The position numbers and the translations under genes are program-made. From positions 254,741 through 318,740 of the forward strand of contig CAZWNJ010000001.1 in NCBI GenBank assembly GCA_964635215.1: DNA of 64,000 nucleotides. The letters run 5' to 3'. This DNA is from an uncultured Candidatus Peribacteria bacterium (GTDB taxonomy: Bacteria > Patescibacteriota > Gracilibacteria > Peribacterales > Peribacteraceae). How positions within the stretch are numbered: the stretch's first letter is position 1; each line of letters starts with the position of its first letter. The notes beneath the pieces were generated by a model. That model saw nothing but the letters and a program-made list of their open reading frames with translations, had not been told where the DNA came from and did no database searches. This document shows, one piece after another, positions 17,399 through 27,159 of this stretch.

Positions 17399-19345
17399 AT
17401 GAAGACCGTGAAAGAATGGATGCAGCGCAAATTCAACGCTGCTCCCGGAGAGGAGATGCCTCTCAACCCGATCGATGCCAATGAGGCGCCGTTCACCCCA
17501 GACACCGTTTCCCCACCCGCGTCCCCGACGCCGGGTCAACGCCCACCGCAGGGCCAGGGATTTTCCGGTCGCAACAACCAGTCGCGTCCGCAGCCAAATC
17601 GCCAACCGCAGAATCACCGCGGTCGCGGTCCTGTACCGCAGGCCCAGCCTCAAGAACCGCAGGGCGGTGGCGAGCGTAAAGTGCCGCTGCGCTTCTATCC
17701 CCTCGGCGGCTTTGAACAAGTCGGCCGCAACAGCTGCGTGATCGAAGTCGACGGCGACATCTACATCGTCGATCTCGGCGTACAGTTTCCGGATGAAGAC
17801 ATGCTTGGCATCGACTACTTGATCCCGGATGTCTCCTGCCTTAAGGGCCGCGAGAATCGTATCAAGGGTGTCTTCTTCACACATGCGCACTTCGACCACG
17901 TTGGTGCCGCTCAGCACATCCTGCCGCAACTGCATTTCCCGCAGTGTTACGGCACCAAGCTGACGCTTGCCATGATGAAGAAGAAGCTTGATGAGGAACA
18001 CATGACGAACAAGGTGCGCATGAACACCGTGAAGGACGGCGATCGCATCCGTGTCGGTAAAGTGGAGATTGAATTCATCCGCGTCACGCACTCCATCCCA
18101 GATTGCGTCGCCATCGCCTTCCACACCCCGTACGGCACGCTCCTCCACACGGGTGACTTCAAGATCGACCTAATGCCGCTCTATGAGCCGCCGATGGACT
18201 TCCAGCGCTTCGCGGAGCTGGGTAAGAAGGGCGTCCTCGCCATCATTGCCGACTCCACGAACGCGCAGAAGCCCGGTTACTCACCGAGCGAGCGAGAGAT
18301 TGCGGCCACACTCCAGGGCTCTATCGTCCAGGCCAAGGGCCGCGTCATCATCTCGACTTTCTCGTCGCTCATCACCCGCGTTCAGCAAATTATTGATGTG
18401 GCGCGTGAGACGAACCGCAAGATTTACCTCTCAGGCCGCAGCATGGAGGAGAACATCGATATCGCCATCCAGCTCGGTTACCTGAAAGCCCCTCGCGGCA
18501 TGGTCCGCAAGGCCGGTCCGGGTATGGATAAGCTCCCTGCCAACGAGGTGATCATCATCACCACTGGCGCTCAGGGGCAGGAGAACGCGGGCCTCGCGCG
18601 CATGGGCCTTGGTACGCACCGTCACATCGCCGTGCAAAAGGGCGACACCGTTATCCTTAGCTCCAGCACAATCGTTGGTAACGAGCGGGCGGTGGCGAAG
18701 GTGGTGAACAATCTGCACGAGAAGGGCGCTAAGGTATTGCGCAACAGCGAACTCGCCCTCCACGTCACGGGTCACGGCTACGCTGGTGACCTCACGCTCA
18801 TGCATCAACTTGTGCGTGCCAAGCACGTCATCCCTGAGCACGGTGAGCCGATGATGAAATCGGCCCACGCCGATATCGCTCGCTCAATCGGCTACCAGGA
18901 GAACCAGGTCCACCTCCTCGCCAACGGCGAGATCCTGGAGTTCGACCGCGACGGCAGCGCTCGTAAGAGCAAGCAGAAGTTACCCTTCAAGGATGTCATC
19001 GTCGACGGCAAGAGCGGCGGCGGCGAAGGCGAGCGCACGCTCAACGATCGCAAGATCATGAGCAACTCCGGCGCCGTCATTCTGGTGCTGAAGGCCTATG
19101 CCGACAGCATGCGCCTCGTCGGCGACCCCGACGTCATGAGTCGCGGCCTCCTCTACGGCAGCGAGCAGCAGGACATCACGCGCGAGATCATCGTCACAGC
19201 GAAGAAGGCCTACGAGGATGAGCTCAACCGCGGCAGCAAGGACCGCAAGGAACTCAAGCGCGCCGTGACGGGCGCCCTCTACCGCTTCTTCGACCGCAAG
19301 CTCGACCGCGAGCCGATGGTCATCCCCATCGTCGTCGAGGTGTAA
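17399..19345 (+). CDS. rnj: ribonuclease J with ~95-aa Pro/Gln/Arg-rich N-terminal extension
   Basis: RFYPLGGFEQVGRNSCVIEVDGDIYIVDLG, FFTHAHFDHVGA (HxHxDH), beta-CASP and C-terminal domains. Confidence 0.9.
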   Translation: MKTVKEWMQRKFNAAPGEEMPLNPIDANEAPFTPDTVSPPASPTPGQRPPQGQGFSGRNNQSRPQPNRQPQNHRGRGPVPQAQPQEPQGGGERKVPLRFYPLGGFEQVGRNSCVIEVDGDIYIVDLGVQFPDEDMLGIDYLIPDVSCLKGRENRIKGVFFTHAHFDHVGAAQHILPQLHFPQCYGTKLTLAMMKKKLDEEHMTNKVRMNTVKDGDRIRVGKVEIEFIRVTHSIPDCVAIAFHTPYGTLLHTGDFKIDLMPLYEPPMDFQRFAELGKKGVLAIIADSTNAQKPGYSPSEREIAATLQGSIVQAKGRVIISTFSSLITRVQQIIDVARETNRKIYLSGRSMEENIDIAIQLGYLKAPRGMVRKAGPGMDKLPANEVIIITTGAQGQENAGLARMGLGTHRHIAVQKGDTVILSSSTIVGNERAVAKVVNNLHEKGAKVLRNSELALHVTGHGYAGDLTLMHQLVRAKHVIPEHGEPMMKSAHADIARSIGYQENQVHLLANGEILEFDRDGSARKSKQKLPFKDVIVDGKSGGGEGERTLNDRKIMSNSGAVILVLKAYADSMRLVGDPDVMSRGLLYGSEQQDITREIIVTAKKAYEDELNRGSKDRKELKRAVTGALYRFFDRKLDREPMVIPIVVEV

Positions 19346-19416
19346 GCCACCACCGTATCCGTTCCATTTCTCTATTCGTCGAACAACACTCCGTTTTTCG
19401 ATACACACAACTTTTT

Positions 19417-20034
19417 ATGAAGAACACTCTTCACACACGCCATCGTTTTACGCGCCCGACTTCCGAGCGGAAGTCGCGTCGCACCCGTTCCGCGCCAAAA
19501 GGTAACTACGCCTTCATCGACGCCCAGAACATCCACCGCGGCACGCGTGCCGCGGGCTGGCTCCTCAACTGGAAGAGTCTGCGCGAGTACCTCCGTACCG
19601 AGCAACGCGTCACAAAAGCCTTCCTGTTCATCGGGTTTCTACCCGGCCAGGAGCCGCTCTACGCCTCACTCAAAGAGGCCGGCTTTGAACTTGTCTTCAA
19701 GCCCACCACCACGCACACCGTCGACGGCAAGACCGTCGTGAAGGGCAACGTCGACACCGACCTCGTCCTGCAGACACTGCTGGAGTGGGATCACTTCGAC
19801 CAGGCGATCTTGCTCTCGGGCGACGGCGACTTCCTGTCGCTACTCAAACATCTCGCTCAGGCCGGCAAACTACGGTCACTCGTCATTCCGAGTGCCCGCT
19901 CGGCGTCGTCACTCCTCGGCCAGTTCCGTCGTTCGACGGTGAGCCTGGACCAGCTGCGCCCTCGTCTCGCCACCCGGTCTGCCCGCCCGAAAACGAAGGT
20001 TTCCTCTTCTGGAAGCCGTCGGCGCCACCGCTGA
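19417..20034 (+). CDS. NYN (LabA/DUF88-like) domain protein
   Basis: YAFIDAQNIHRG...NVDTDLVLQTL...AILLSGDGDFLSLL matches the acidic motifs of the NYN/LabA nuclease fold. The C-terminal tail is basic. Confidence 0.8.
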   Translation: MKNTLHTRHRFTRPTSERKSRRTRSAPKGNYAFIDAQNIHRGTRAAGWLLNWKSLREYLRTEQRVTKAFLFIGFLPGQEPLYASLKEAGFELVFKPTTTHTVDGKTVVKGNVDTDLVLQTLLEWDHFDQAILLSGDGDFLSLLKHLAQAGKLRSLVIPSARSASSLLGQFRRSTVSLDQLRPRLATRSARPKTKVSSSGSRRRHR

Positions 20035-20140
20035 ATTCGATCTTGAATGATTGCTCTTTAACTAAAATTATTGTTCAATAGTCTTAGCACTGCGGGAGGT
20101 CCCGCAGTCGATCATTCACCCAGACGGCAGGAGAAAACGG

Positions 20141-20614
20141 ATGACAGAGTTATTGCAGCCCAATCCCGCTTTTGAGCGGGATGACGAGCAGAGGTTCTCG
20201 ATCACGCAGCAGGCGCACGAGCTTGTGCCCCTCATGATCCGTCCCAAGCGCCCGCTGAAGGTTGTGGTCGTCGACGATCTGCCGATCGCCCTGATGATCA
20301 TGCAGAAGATCCTCGCCCTCTGGCCGGATCTGTCCGTCGAGTACATTGCGCAGGTTGGCGGCGTGCCCGTGGTCATCGCCTCAGACACGGACATTGTGCT
20401 CCTCGACGAACAGCTCATCGGCACCACCGGCACCAAGATTCACGCCGAGCAGATGCGGCTCGGCAGCCGGGCGGTGTTCGGCTCGACGAGCACGAACCAC
20501 TGCCCCTCGTTCACCAAGGTTCAGTTCGTGGATAAGACGGCGTTCATGAGTAATCGGCAGGCTGCCGAGAGGTTCGTCGCCTTCGTCAACGACTTGATCG
20601 CTCTCGTCCCCTGA
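20141..20614 (+). CDS. single-domain response regulator (receiver only)
   Basis: KVVVVDDLP, DIVLLDEQL, VFGSTST and FVDKT supply the DD / D / T / K receiver positions. A Shine-Dalgarno (GGAG) precedes the ATG. Confidence 0.65.
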   Translation: MTELLQPNPAFERDDEQRFSITQQAHELVPLMIRPKRPLKVVVVDDLPIALMIMQKILALWPDLSVEYIAQVGGVPVVIASDTDIVLLDEQLIGTTGTKIHAEQMRLGSRAVFGSTSTNHCPSFTKVQFVDKTAFMSNRQAAERFVAFVNDLIALVP

Positions 20615-20639
20615 TTAACGTCCTCTCCTCCCGTCCCCG

Positions 20640-20670
20640 CCCCAACCGCTTGCGGTTGGGGCTCTTTTTT
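20640..20670 (+). terminator. rho-independent terminator
   Basis: CCCCAACCG-CTTG-CGGTTGGGG followed by CTCTTTTTTG. Confidence 0.8.
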
Positions 20671-20712
20671 GTGACCGTCGCGCGGCCGTTTCGCTTTCTC
20701 TACACTAGTCCC

Positions 20713-22164
20713 GTGTCCACCCGTCAAATCGCCAGTTCCACCATTTGGCAGCTCGCCTCGCAGCTCACGATGGCGGCGATCAGCGTCGTCACGGTGAAGT
20801 TCGTGGCGATCGGGTTGAGCCAGCATTTGGCCGGGCTCTACAACTCCGCCTACGGCTACCTGCAGATCTTCGGCATCTTGGCGGATTTCGGCCTGTACGC
20901 CGTCTCGGTGCGCGAGATGAGTCGGGCCAAGGATGAGCCGGCGATGCTCGGCATGATCATTTTATTGCGGTCGTTCATCGTGCTCCTGAGCTTCGCGGTG
21001 GCGCTCGTCGTCGCGTTCGTCATCCCATCCTGGCAGGGCACGCCGCTGCCACTCGCCATCGTCATCACGTGCTTCGTACCGGTCCTGACGCTCTTGGCCG
21101 GAACGCTGCGCGTCGTCTTCCAGGTTCGTTACCGGATGCAGTGGGTCTTCGCGGCGGAGGTGACGCAGCGCGTCGTCTCCGTCTCACTTATCGGCGCGGC
21201 CGTGTGGCTGGGCGCTCGTAGCAGCGAGAATATCGGCACGCTCTACTGGTTCCTCGCCGCGGGTGGCATCGGGGCCGCGGTGCTGCTCATCATTTCGCTC
21301 ATCGGCAGCCTGCGACTGATGGTGCCAACCTTCGCTTGGGATGGAGTCGCCCTGCGCCGCCTCTTTGGCTTGGCTCTGCCCTTTGGGCTCGCCTTCCTCT
21401 GCACGACACTCTATCGCCAATCGGACGTCACACTGATCTCGCTCCTTCGACCTGACTTCACTCTGCAGAATGCGACCTACGGGTTCGTGCAGCGCGTGAT
21501 GGACATGACGTACCTCGTGCCGACGTTCCTGCTCAACTCGGCGCTGCCGATCTTGAGTGAGCGTCTCGATAAGGGTGGCGAGACACGTCACCTGCTGGGC
21601 AAAGTGCTCCTGATCATTCTTATTCTCGGGTCGACGACGGCGTTGACGGCGGCGCTCTGGGGACGTCCGATCATGGGTCTACTCACGAAGGAGAGTTACC
21701 TGAGCACGCTCAGTCATCCCGGCGCGGATACGGCTCTGCAGTGGCTGGCGATCTCGATGGTCATGAACGGACTCGTCGTCTATGCCTTCTACGTCCTCCT
21801 CGCTCGTCACCGTTGGCGGTCGCTCGTTGTCACGCTCGGGCTGGCGGCTGGGCTCTCGCTCGGCCTGAACCTCTGGCTCATTCCGACGCTCGGGTTCGTC
21901 GGCGCGTCGATCACGTCGGCTGTCATCCATACCCTGCTCGCAATCGCCCTCATGCCCCAGGCCGAGCGCGCGCTGAAGGCTCAGATCGGGCAGAGAGAGA
22001 TCCTCCGCTGGTATGGATTCGTCGCTCTCTTAGCCGGGTACCTTGTCATTGTTCGCCCCTTCCTGACATCCGATCTGCTGACAGCGCTTGGTTTAGCTGG
22101 GCTTTGCCTCTGGCTTGTGCTTGCTGGGCTACTGGTCGGATTCCGACGGACTTTTCAGGCCTGA
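20713..22164 (+). CDS. polysaccharide/oligosaccharide flippase (MOP superfamily, Wzx/MurJ-like)
   Basis: About 484 aa with roughly 12-14 predicted TM helices. N-terminus STRQIASSTIWQLASQLTMAAISVVTVKFVAIGL. I prefer the GTG at 20713, because the ORF-track start (20650) lies inside the upstream terminator hairpin. Confidence 0.82.
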   Translation: MSTRQIASSTIWQLASQLTMAAISVVTVKFVAIGLSQHLAGLYNSAYGYLQIFGILADFGLYAVSVREMSRAKDEPAMLGMIILLRSFIVLLSFAVALVVAFVIPSWQGTPLPLAIVITCFVPVLTLLAGTLRVVFQVRYRMQWVFAAEVTQRVVSVSLIGAAVWLGARSSENIGTLYWFLAAGGIGAAVLLIISLIGSLRLMVPTFAWDGVALRRLFGLALPFGLAFLCTTLYRQSDVTLISLLRPDFTLQNATYGFVQRVMDMTYLVPTFLLNSALPILSERLDKGGETRHLLGKVLLIILILGSTTALTAALWGRPIMGLLTKESYLSTLSHPGADTALQWLAISMVMNGLVVYAFYVLLARHRWRSLVVTLGLAAGLSLGLNLWLIPTLGFVGASITSAVIHTLLAIALMPQAERALKAQIGQREILRWYGFVALLAGYLVIVRPFLTSDLLTALGLAGLCLWLVLAGLLVGFRRTFQA

Positions 22165-22226
22165 CGGACATCGCCAGCAGCGGTTATACTGGTACTGTCT
22201 GATCTTTCTGTTGCTATTGATTCCGT

Positions 22227-22301
22227 GCCGCCTTAGCTCAGTGGTAGAGCAACGCACTTGTAATGCGTGGGTCGCGAGTTCAACTCTCGCAGGCGGCTCC
22301 A
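22227..22301 (+). tRNA. tRNA-Thr (anticodon UGU), CCA encoded
   Basis: Cloverleaf by hand: acceptor GCCGCCT/AGGCGGC, D arm GCTC-AGTGGTA-GAGC, anticodon arm ACGCA-CTTGTAA-TGCGT, T arm GCGAG-TTCAACT-CTCGC. Confidence 0.9.
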
Positions 22302-22373
22302 TGAAGCCATCAACACGGTCTTGGGGAAGTGCCTTGAACCATTGCCATAATAGGTATTTCATGTTGTTAAACT

Positions 22374-22940
22374 ATGCTTGAAGTCGAAACGAAATTCTTG
22401 GAAATTGATCCTGAGGCCGTTCTCGCTGCGCTGCAGGATTTGAAAGCGGAGCCGCTCTACGACGGTCTCATTGAGACGCGTTACTACGACAATGCCACCC
22501 GCACGATCCGTAGCCAGCAGAAGTCCTTCAGGCTGCGCTTAAAGGTGCTGACCGGCGATGTCTGCCTAACGTCCAAGCGCAAGCTGAGCGACAATCGTGT
22601 GCGCATTTGCGAGGAACACGAAGTGGCCATCGGGAATGGCAGCGGCGCGACCGGCCGAGCGCGCTTTGAGGAAATGCATTTACTCCTCGCTGCGATTAAC
22701 TTCGAGCCCTATCGCACGTTCACCAAGCGACGCGTCTCGCACGCCATTGGCGACACGCACTTTGAGATTGATACGATCTTGAATATCGACGGTCAGGATG
22801 TGTCGATCCCGCCACTCCTCGAAGTGGAATCATCCAGCGCTGATGCCGTCCTGCATTATGCCGGTCTCCTCGGCTTCAAGCCTGAACAGGCCCAGCCCAT
22901 CTCCACTCGGTCCGTTTTCAAGCGCTACAAGAAGACATAA
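22374..22940 (+). CDS. CYTH domain protein (triphosphate tunnel metalloenzyme / class IV adenylate cyclase-like)
   Basis: N-terminal ExExK signature (MLEVETKFLEI), later basic and acidic strands (FRLRLK, TSKRK, EEHEV, FEIDTI). 188 aa. Confidence 0.78.
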   Translation: MLEVETKFLEIDPEAVLAALQDLKAEPLYDGLIETRYYDNATRTIRSQQKSFRLRLKVLTGDVCLTSKRKLSDNRVRICEEHEVAIGNGSGATGRARFEEMHLLLAAINFEPYRTFTKRRVSHAIGDTHFEIDTILNIDGQDVSIPPLLEVESSSADAVLHYAGLLGFKPEQAQPISTRSVFKRYKKT

Positions 22941-24084
22941 TGCGCGCCATGCGCGCGGTCCAGGCGAAGTGAATCACTCGCTCTTTTGCGGTGCCCGCAC
23001 GCGTGGCTGAACCACGTTGGTCGTCGAGTGCGTCACGCAGAGCGCGGGCCAAATCGGCCGCGTCACCCGGCCGGCAGAAGCGCGTCACGCTCTCGTCCGC
23101 CAGATCATGAATCGGCGGCAGGTCGGCGCAGACGGTCGGTATGCCGGCGGCCATGTACTCGAGGAGTTTGAGCGGCGAGGTGTCGCGCTGGAAGAACGGG
23201 TCGGCGCTGTCGGGCGCTGGAAAGACGCCGAGGTCGGCCGCAGCCATGGCGAGCGGCACTGACGCTGAGGGCACGGGCCCTTCAAAGCGAATGGCGTCTT
23301 GGCCAAGTCCCTTGGCGCTGGCGAGCGTCTGTAGCCGGCTGACGTCACCGGCCGGTCCGCCGACGATCCAGACGAGGGCGCGGACTCCTTGCATCTGCAA
23401 GATGGCGGCGGCGTCGATCAATTCTTCGACGCCCTTGGGAAGATCGTGACCGGTCTTCAGTGAGCCGACGTAGGCGATGACGGGGCGGTCTGTCGGGAGC
23501 GACCAATGGGCTTTGGCTTTGGGGTGCGGCGGCAGGTGTGCAAAAGATTCCAGATCGACGCCGTCGGGTTCGACCATGATCTTCTCGGCCGGTACGCCGC
23601 GGCGGACAAGTTCGTCTTTCATTGGCGTGGTCAGGGCCACGATCAGATGACAGCGGCGGCAGCGGCGAATGAAGCCTGGGCGCAGACGGTGAGGAATGGT
23701 GTGGAGTTCGAGGATGGCGGGGATGCCTCGCTCCAGGGCCGGGGCCAGCACGGAGACGGTGCGGGCGTAGACGATGTCGGGCTGGTGTGCGGCTAGCCAC
23801 TCGTCGAGGAGGCGGCGGTACGAGAACCAGCTGGCGTGCACGGCGAGCGGCCCAGGGATGAGTGGATGTTGAAGGGCTACGAAGGCGGGGAGCTTGGCGA
23901 CTGGCACGTCGCGATCAATACGGTAGACCTCCTTGAGGGCGCCGCCGATGGCACCAGGGACGTCGGGACAGACAATAGTGACGTCGTGGCCGATTGCTGT
24001 CAGCGCGGCGCTGACCTGGGCGATCTGGTGACCGTAGGCTTTCTCGGTCGGAAAACGGCCGTGGGCGATGTACGCGATACGCAC
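22918..24084 (-). CDS. glycosyltransferase family 4 (GT-B fold)
   Basis: MRIAYIAHGRFPTEKAYGHQIAQV..., with C-terminal EGPVPS...FQRDTSPLKLLEYMAAGIPTV (E-x7-E region). Its 3' end overlaps the convergent CYTH gene by 23 nt. Confidence 0.9.
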   Translation of the reverse strand: MRIAYIAHGRFPTEKAYGHQIAQVSAALTAIGHDVTIVCPDVPGAIGGALKEVYRIDRDVPVAKLPAFVALQHPLIPGPLAVHASWFSYRRLLDEWLAAHQPDIVYARTVSVLAPALERGIPAILELHTIPHRLRPGFIRRCRRCHLIVALTTPMKDELVRRGVPAEKIMVEPDGVDLESFAHLPPHPKAKAHWSLPTDRPVIAYVGSLKTGHDLPKGVEELIDAAAILQMQGVRALVWIVGGPAGDVSRLQTLASAKGLGQDAIRFEGPVPSASVPLAMAAADLGVFPAPDSADPFFQRDTSPLKLLEYMAAGIPTVCADLPPIHDLADESVTRFCRPGDAADLARALRDALDDQRGSATRAGTAKERVIHFAWTARMARIMSSCSA

Positions 24085-24116
24085 GAGGCGATTCTAACGG
24101 TCTTTGGGCGTTTGTC

Positions 24117-25154
24117 TTAGAGGAGATTTTTGAACGCGTACGTGAAGAACTTGTCGATACGCAGATAATCGGCGAAGGCGCGGCGGGCTTGGTACTGAGC
24201 CTCTATGAGGTCGTTGGCCGAGGTTTTGTGCCACCAGGCGCGGACGCGCTCGGGTAGGCGGGGAAGCTCGCGCATATCAACACTCAAGAGGAAACGGTCG
24301 TAGGGCACGACACCCTCGAGCGGGAGGGGGGTTTCGGTATCGACGAAGAGGAGCGGTCTTCCGAGACTTAAAGCCTCGTAGAAGCGGTAGGAATAGTTGC
24401 CGTCGCCCTTCACTACAAGTGCCAAGTCGCAATCACGCAGATTGTCGACGTACTCGCGGCGGGCTCGCTCTGGCGGCAAGCTGATCGTCTTGGCGTGGCC
24501 GGAGTAACTCTTGCGAATGAGGAAATTTGTCTTCAAGCCGTGCGCCCCCTGCAAGGCATGCAGCGCCCGGCGTCGGAAGGTGAGGCCTTTGCGTTCGGCC
24601 AGACGCCGGCGGTCGAAGGCGGCGAGGACTTCGAGGTAGGTGAGCGCGTTGCCGACCATGGTGCCGACGCGGTTCTGCAGATTCTTGTAGTCCGACCAGC
24701 CGCAGAAGCCGATGACTGGCTCTGCCCCCTTATGGCGCGGGACGAGGGGTTCGGCGCCAAGGAGGTCCTCGGCGTACGCGGGCATCATGATTTCGTTCGA
24801 TCTCAGCGCGTAGCGGTAGGCAGACGAGATGAAGGCGACGGAATGGGGGAGGTTGATGACTGGCGGGGCATCGCCGTAGGCGACGGTGATGATTTTCTTT
24901 CCCAAGCGTGAGGCGAGCGTGGTGATCGTGTCTAAATAGGCGCGGTCGTGCTGGACGGCGGCGAAGGGGTGCGGAATGAGGATGAAGTCGGCGTCCTCGG
25001 GCCGGTCGGCCAGACGGACGATTGGATCTTGTAGACAATCGAAAGCGTGGTCGAGGAAAAGAATGCGGCTCCGCTGGTCCTCCTGACCGAGGTTTGGGTT
25101 TAGCAGCGGAATGTGGGGCAGGCCGGACTTGAAGACACAGTAGACCGAACGCAC
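24117..25154 (-). CDS. exostosin-like (GT47-type) glycosyltransferase family protein
   Basis: The C-terminal block CDLALVVKGDGNYSYRFYEALSLGRPLLFVDTETPLPLEGVVPYDRFLLSV resembles the exostosin-domain signature (FCL.P.G....R..EA...G.IPV...PF). Confidence 0.65.
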   Translation of the reverse strand: MRSVYCVFKSGLPHIPLLNPNLGQEDQRSRILFLDHAFDCLQDPIVRLADRPEDADFILIPHPFAAVQHDRAYLDTITTLASRLGKKIITVAYGDAPPVINLPHSVAFISSAYRYALRSNEIMMPAYAEDLLGAEPLVPRHKGAEPVIGFCGWSDYKNLQNRVGTMVGNALTYLEVLAAFDRRRLAERKGLTFRRRALHALQGAHGLKTNFLIRKSYSGHAKTISLPPERARREYVDNLRDCDLALVVKGDGNYSYRFYEALSLGRPLLFVDTETPLPLEGVVPYDRFLLSVDMRELPRLPERVRAWWHKTSANDLIEAQYQARRAFADYLRIDKFFTYAFKNLL

Positions 25155-25356
25155 GGCCTAAGCCTATCAGAGCGCGGTCGCCAAGGGGCGACCAATTCGC
25201 TAGCCTTTTGCCATCGCCCGCCTCTACTACGAAATCCTCCCGCCGGCTTTCAAGAAATTCTCCGTCCTGACGGCGGGGCGCACCTTATTGCCCACACTTG
25301 GGTATTACCTGCGCCGGCCGATACTGCCACCCAGTGAAAAGCTGCCGCTCTTCACC

Positions 25357-26241
25357 ATGAACATCCTTCCCCCGATGGGACGGGTGTGGCTGCACTACGC
25401 TAAGAAGTACCTGGGTGACAATGTCGACATCACGATCTTCGACTGCTCGGGACGGCTCAATCCGGCCGACTTTCCGGGGGCGACGGTGCAGCCGTTTCTC
25501 AACTTCTATGCCGCGACGAAGAGTGACGAATTCCTCTATCACATCGCCAAGAACCGTCGTCACGGTTGGATCTGTGACGACGACGTCTTCTTTGTGAGCG
25601 ACGAGTCGCTCCACGTTCTAAAGCGTGAGTTCGCCGTGCCCGGCACGGCCTCGGTGAGCCTTCGCCCGCGCAACTGGTGGGAGTTCCAGATCGACGGTCA
25701 GACGTACCCTGTCTCGGGGAGCTACTCCATTGCCTTCGACCGCGAGATCTTCTGCAAAAAAGAACACCTGTCGCTTCGACCGGCCGACGGCAACACGCAC
25801 CGGTCGCTCAACGGCAAGGATTTGAAGCGCTACGACACGGGCGACCTGAGCAACGAACTGCTCATCCGCCGCGGGTACCGTTGCTACGTCAGTCCGCCCG
25901 ACGAGAGCAAGCGCTGCATCGCGGCCTTCTCGGGGCTCAGCGGCGCGGTCATTCTGCTTTGGCTCTTCAAGCGTCCCGAGCAGGTGCTGGACTACTTCGA
26001 ATCCCCGCCCAAGGAGAGCTGGAGCGGGACGATGCTCTTCGGCCTTCTCTCCTCCATGCTCGCGATCTGGACGATTCAGGATCTGCACGAGAAGATCACG
26101 GGCAAACCCTACCCTCTGCCGTCTCTGCCGCCACGTCAGGCCCTGGAACGGATCGCCAAAGAAGCGGCCCCGTACCTGCCCACCGGGTCGGATTTCCGTT
26201 GGATCGAAGAGGTGCGGGAGCAGCTACTGAAGGCGCTCTAA
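25357..26241 (+). CDS. hypothetical protein, possible DxD glycosyltransferase
   Basis: ATG at 25357 (MNILPP); the ORF-track start at 25288 is a TTG. Contains the DxD-like WICDDDVFF. Sits inside a glycan gene neighbourhood. Confidence 0.6.
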   Translation: MNILPPMGRVWLHYAKKYLGDNVDITIFDCSGRLNPADFPGATVQPFLNFYAATKSDEFLYHIAKNRRHGWICDDDVFFVSDESLHVLKREFAVPGTASVSLRPRNWWEFQIDGQTYPVSGSYSIAFDREIFCKKEHLSLRPADGNTHRSLNGKDLKRYDTGDLSNELLIRRGYRCYVSPPDESKRCIAAFSGLSGAVILLWLFKRPEQVLDYFESPPKESWSGTMLFGLLSSMLAIWTIQDLHEKITGKPYPLPSLPPRQALERIAKEAAPYLPTGSDFRWIEEVREQLLKAL

Positions 26242-26255
26242 GCTACACTCTGGCC

Positions 26256-27113
26256 ATGCCCGAATTGCCGGAAGTCGAGACCGTCCGCCGGAGTCTCGAG
26301 CGCCATCTCCCCGGACGCCGGATCACGGGCGTCGAGGTTCGTCACCAGAAGAGCATCGGCGGAAACGCCGCCTTTGCGACATGGCTTCTGAAGCGCACGA
26401 TCGATCGGATCGACCGGCGGGCGAAGTTGCTTATTATTCGTTTCAAAGACGACCGCGACGTGCTGGCGATCCATCTGAAGATGACGGGTCAGCTGCTCTA
26501 TCAGCAGGGTATGGTGAAGGCCGGCGGCGGCCACAGCCTGTCTCAAGCAGCTGATGAGCTCGACGACCGCCATGCCCGCGTCATCCTGACGTTCGATAAC
26601 GGCGCGCGGCTCGTCTTCAACGATCTGCGACTCTTCGGCTATCTGCGCCGGTACGATTCGCTGCGATTGGAGCGCGAACTCACGGGCTACGGCCCGGAGC
26701 CGGGGACGCCCGCCTTCACCGTCGCCGTCCTGACAAACGTCCTCGGCAAGCGAAAGGCACCGCTTAAGGCCGTGCTCCTTGATCAGCGGCGGATCGGGGG
26801 ATTGGGCAATATCTACGTCGACGAAGCCTGCTTCCGGGCAAAGATCAAACCAACGCGTCGCGCCGGTTCGCTGAAGGCGGCGGAAATCGCCGCGCTCCAT
26901 GCCGCTTGCGGCGATGTCATCACCGAGTCGATCGCCGTTGGCGGCACGACCTTCCGCAGCTACACCGATGCCGACGGCAAGAGTGGCGGATTTTTGGCCA
27001 AGCTCAAGGTGTATGGCCGCCAAGGCAAAGCCTGCCTTCGTTGCCGAGGCATGATTAAGAAGGCGGTGTGTGCCGGGCGCGGCACACACTTCTGTCCCGA
27101 TTGCCAGCAGTAG
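26256..27113 (+). CDS. mutM: formamidopyrimidine-DNA glycosylase
   Basis: MPELPEVETVRRSL (catalytic Pro2/Glu3), an H2TH region and the C-terminal zinc finger CLRC...CPDCQ. The ORF-track frame 25677-27113 is only an upstream extension. Confidence 0.92.
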   Translation: MPELPEVETVRRSLERHLPGRRITGVEVRHQKSIGGNAAFATWLLKRTIDRIDRRAKLLIIRFKDDRDVLAIHLKMTGQLLYQQGMVKAGGGHSLSQAADELDDRHARVILTFDNGARLVFNDLRLFGYLRRYDSLRLERELTGYGPEPGTPAFTVAVLTNVLGKRKAPLKAVLLDQRRIGGLGNIYVDEACFRAKIKPTRRAGSLKAAEIAALHAACGDVITESIAVGGTTFRSYTDADGKSGGFLAKLKVYGRQGKACLRCRGMIKKAVCAGRGTHFCPDCQQ

Positions 27114-27159
27114 TTCTGCCCGAGCGGTACGTCAGTACGATTGCTGCTAGACTACGGTC

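Noticed and set aside
25677-26255. Upstream extensions of real genes in the ORF track: the mutM frame from 25677, secA to 51695, the M50 protease from 31490, the GT2-GtrA gene from 38189, rpmB to 31819, and the flippase from 20650.
   Set aside because: The family-typical N-termini begin at internal start codons. The extensions overlap neighbouring genes, a tRNA or a terminator hairpin, and they carry low-complexity sequence.
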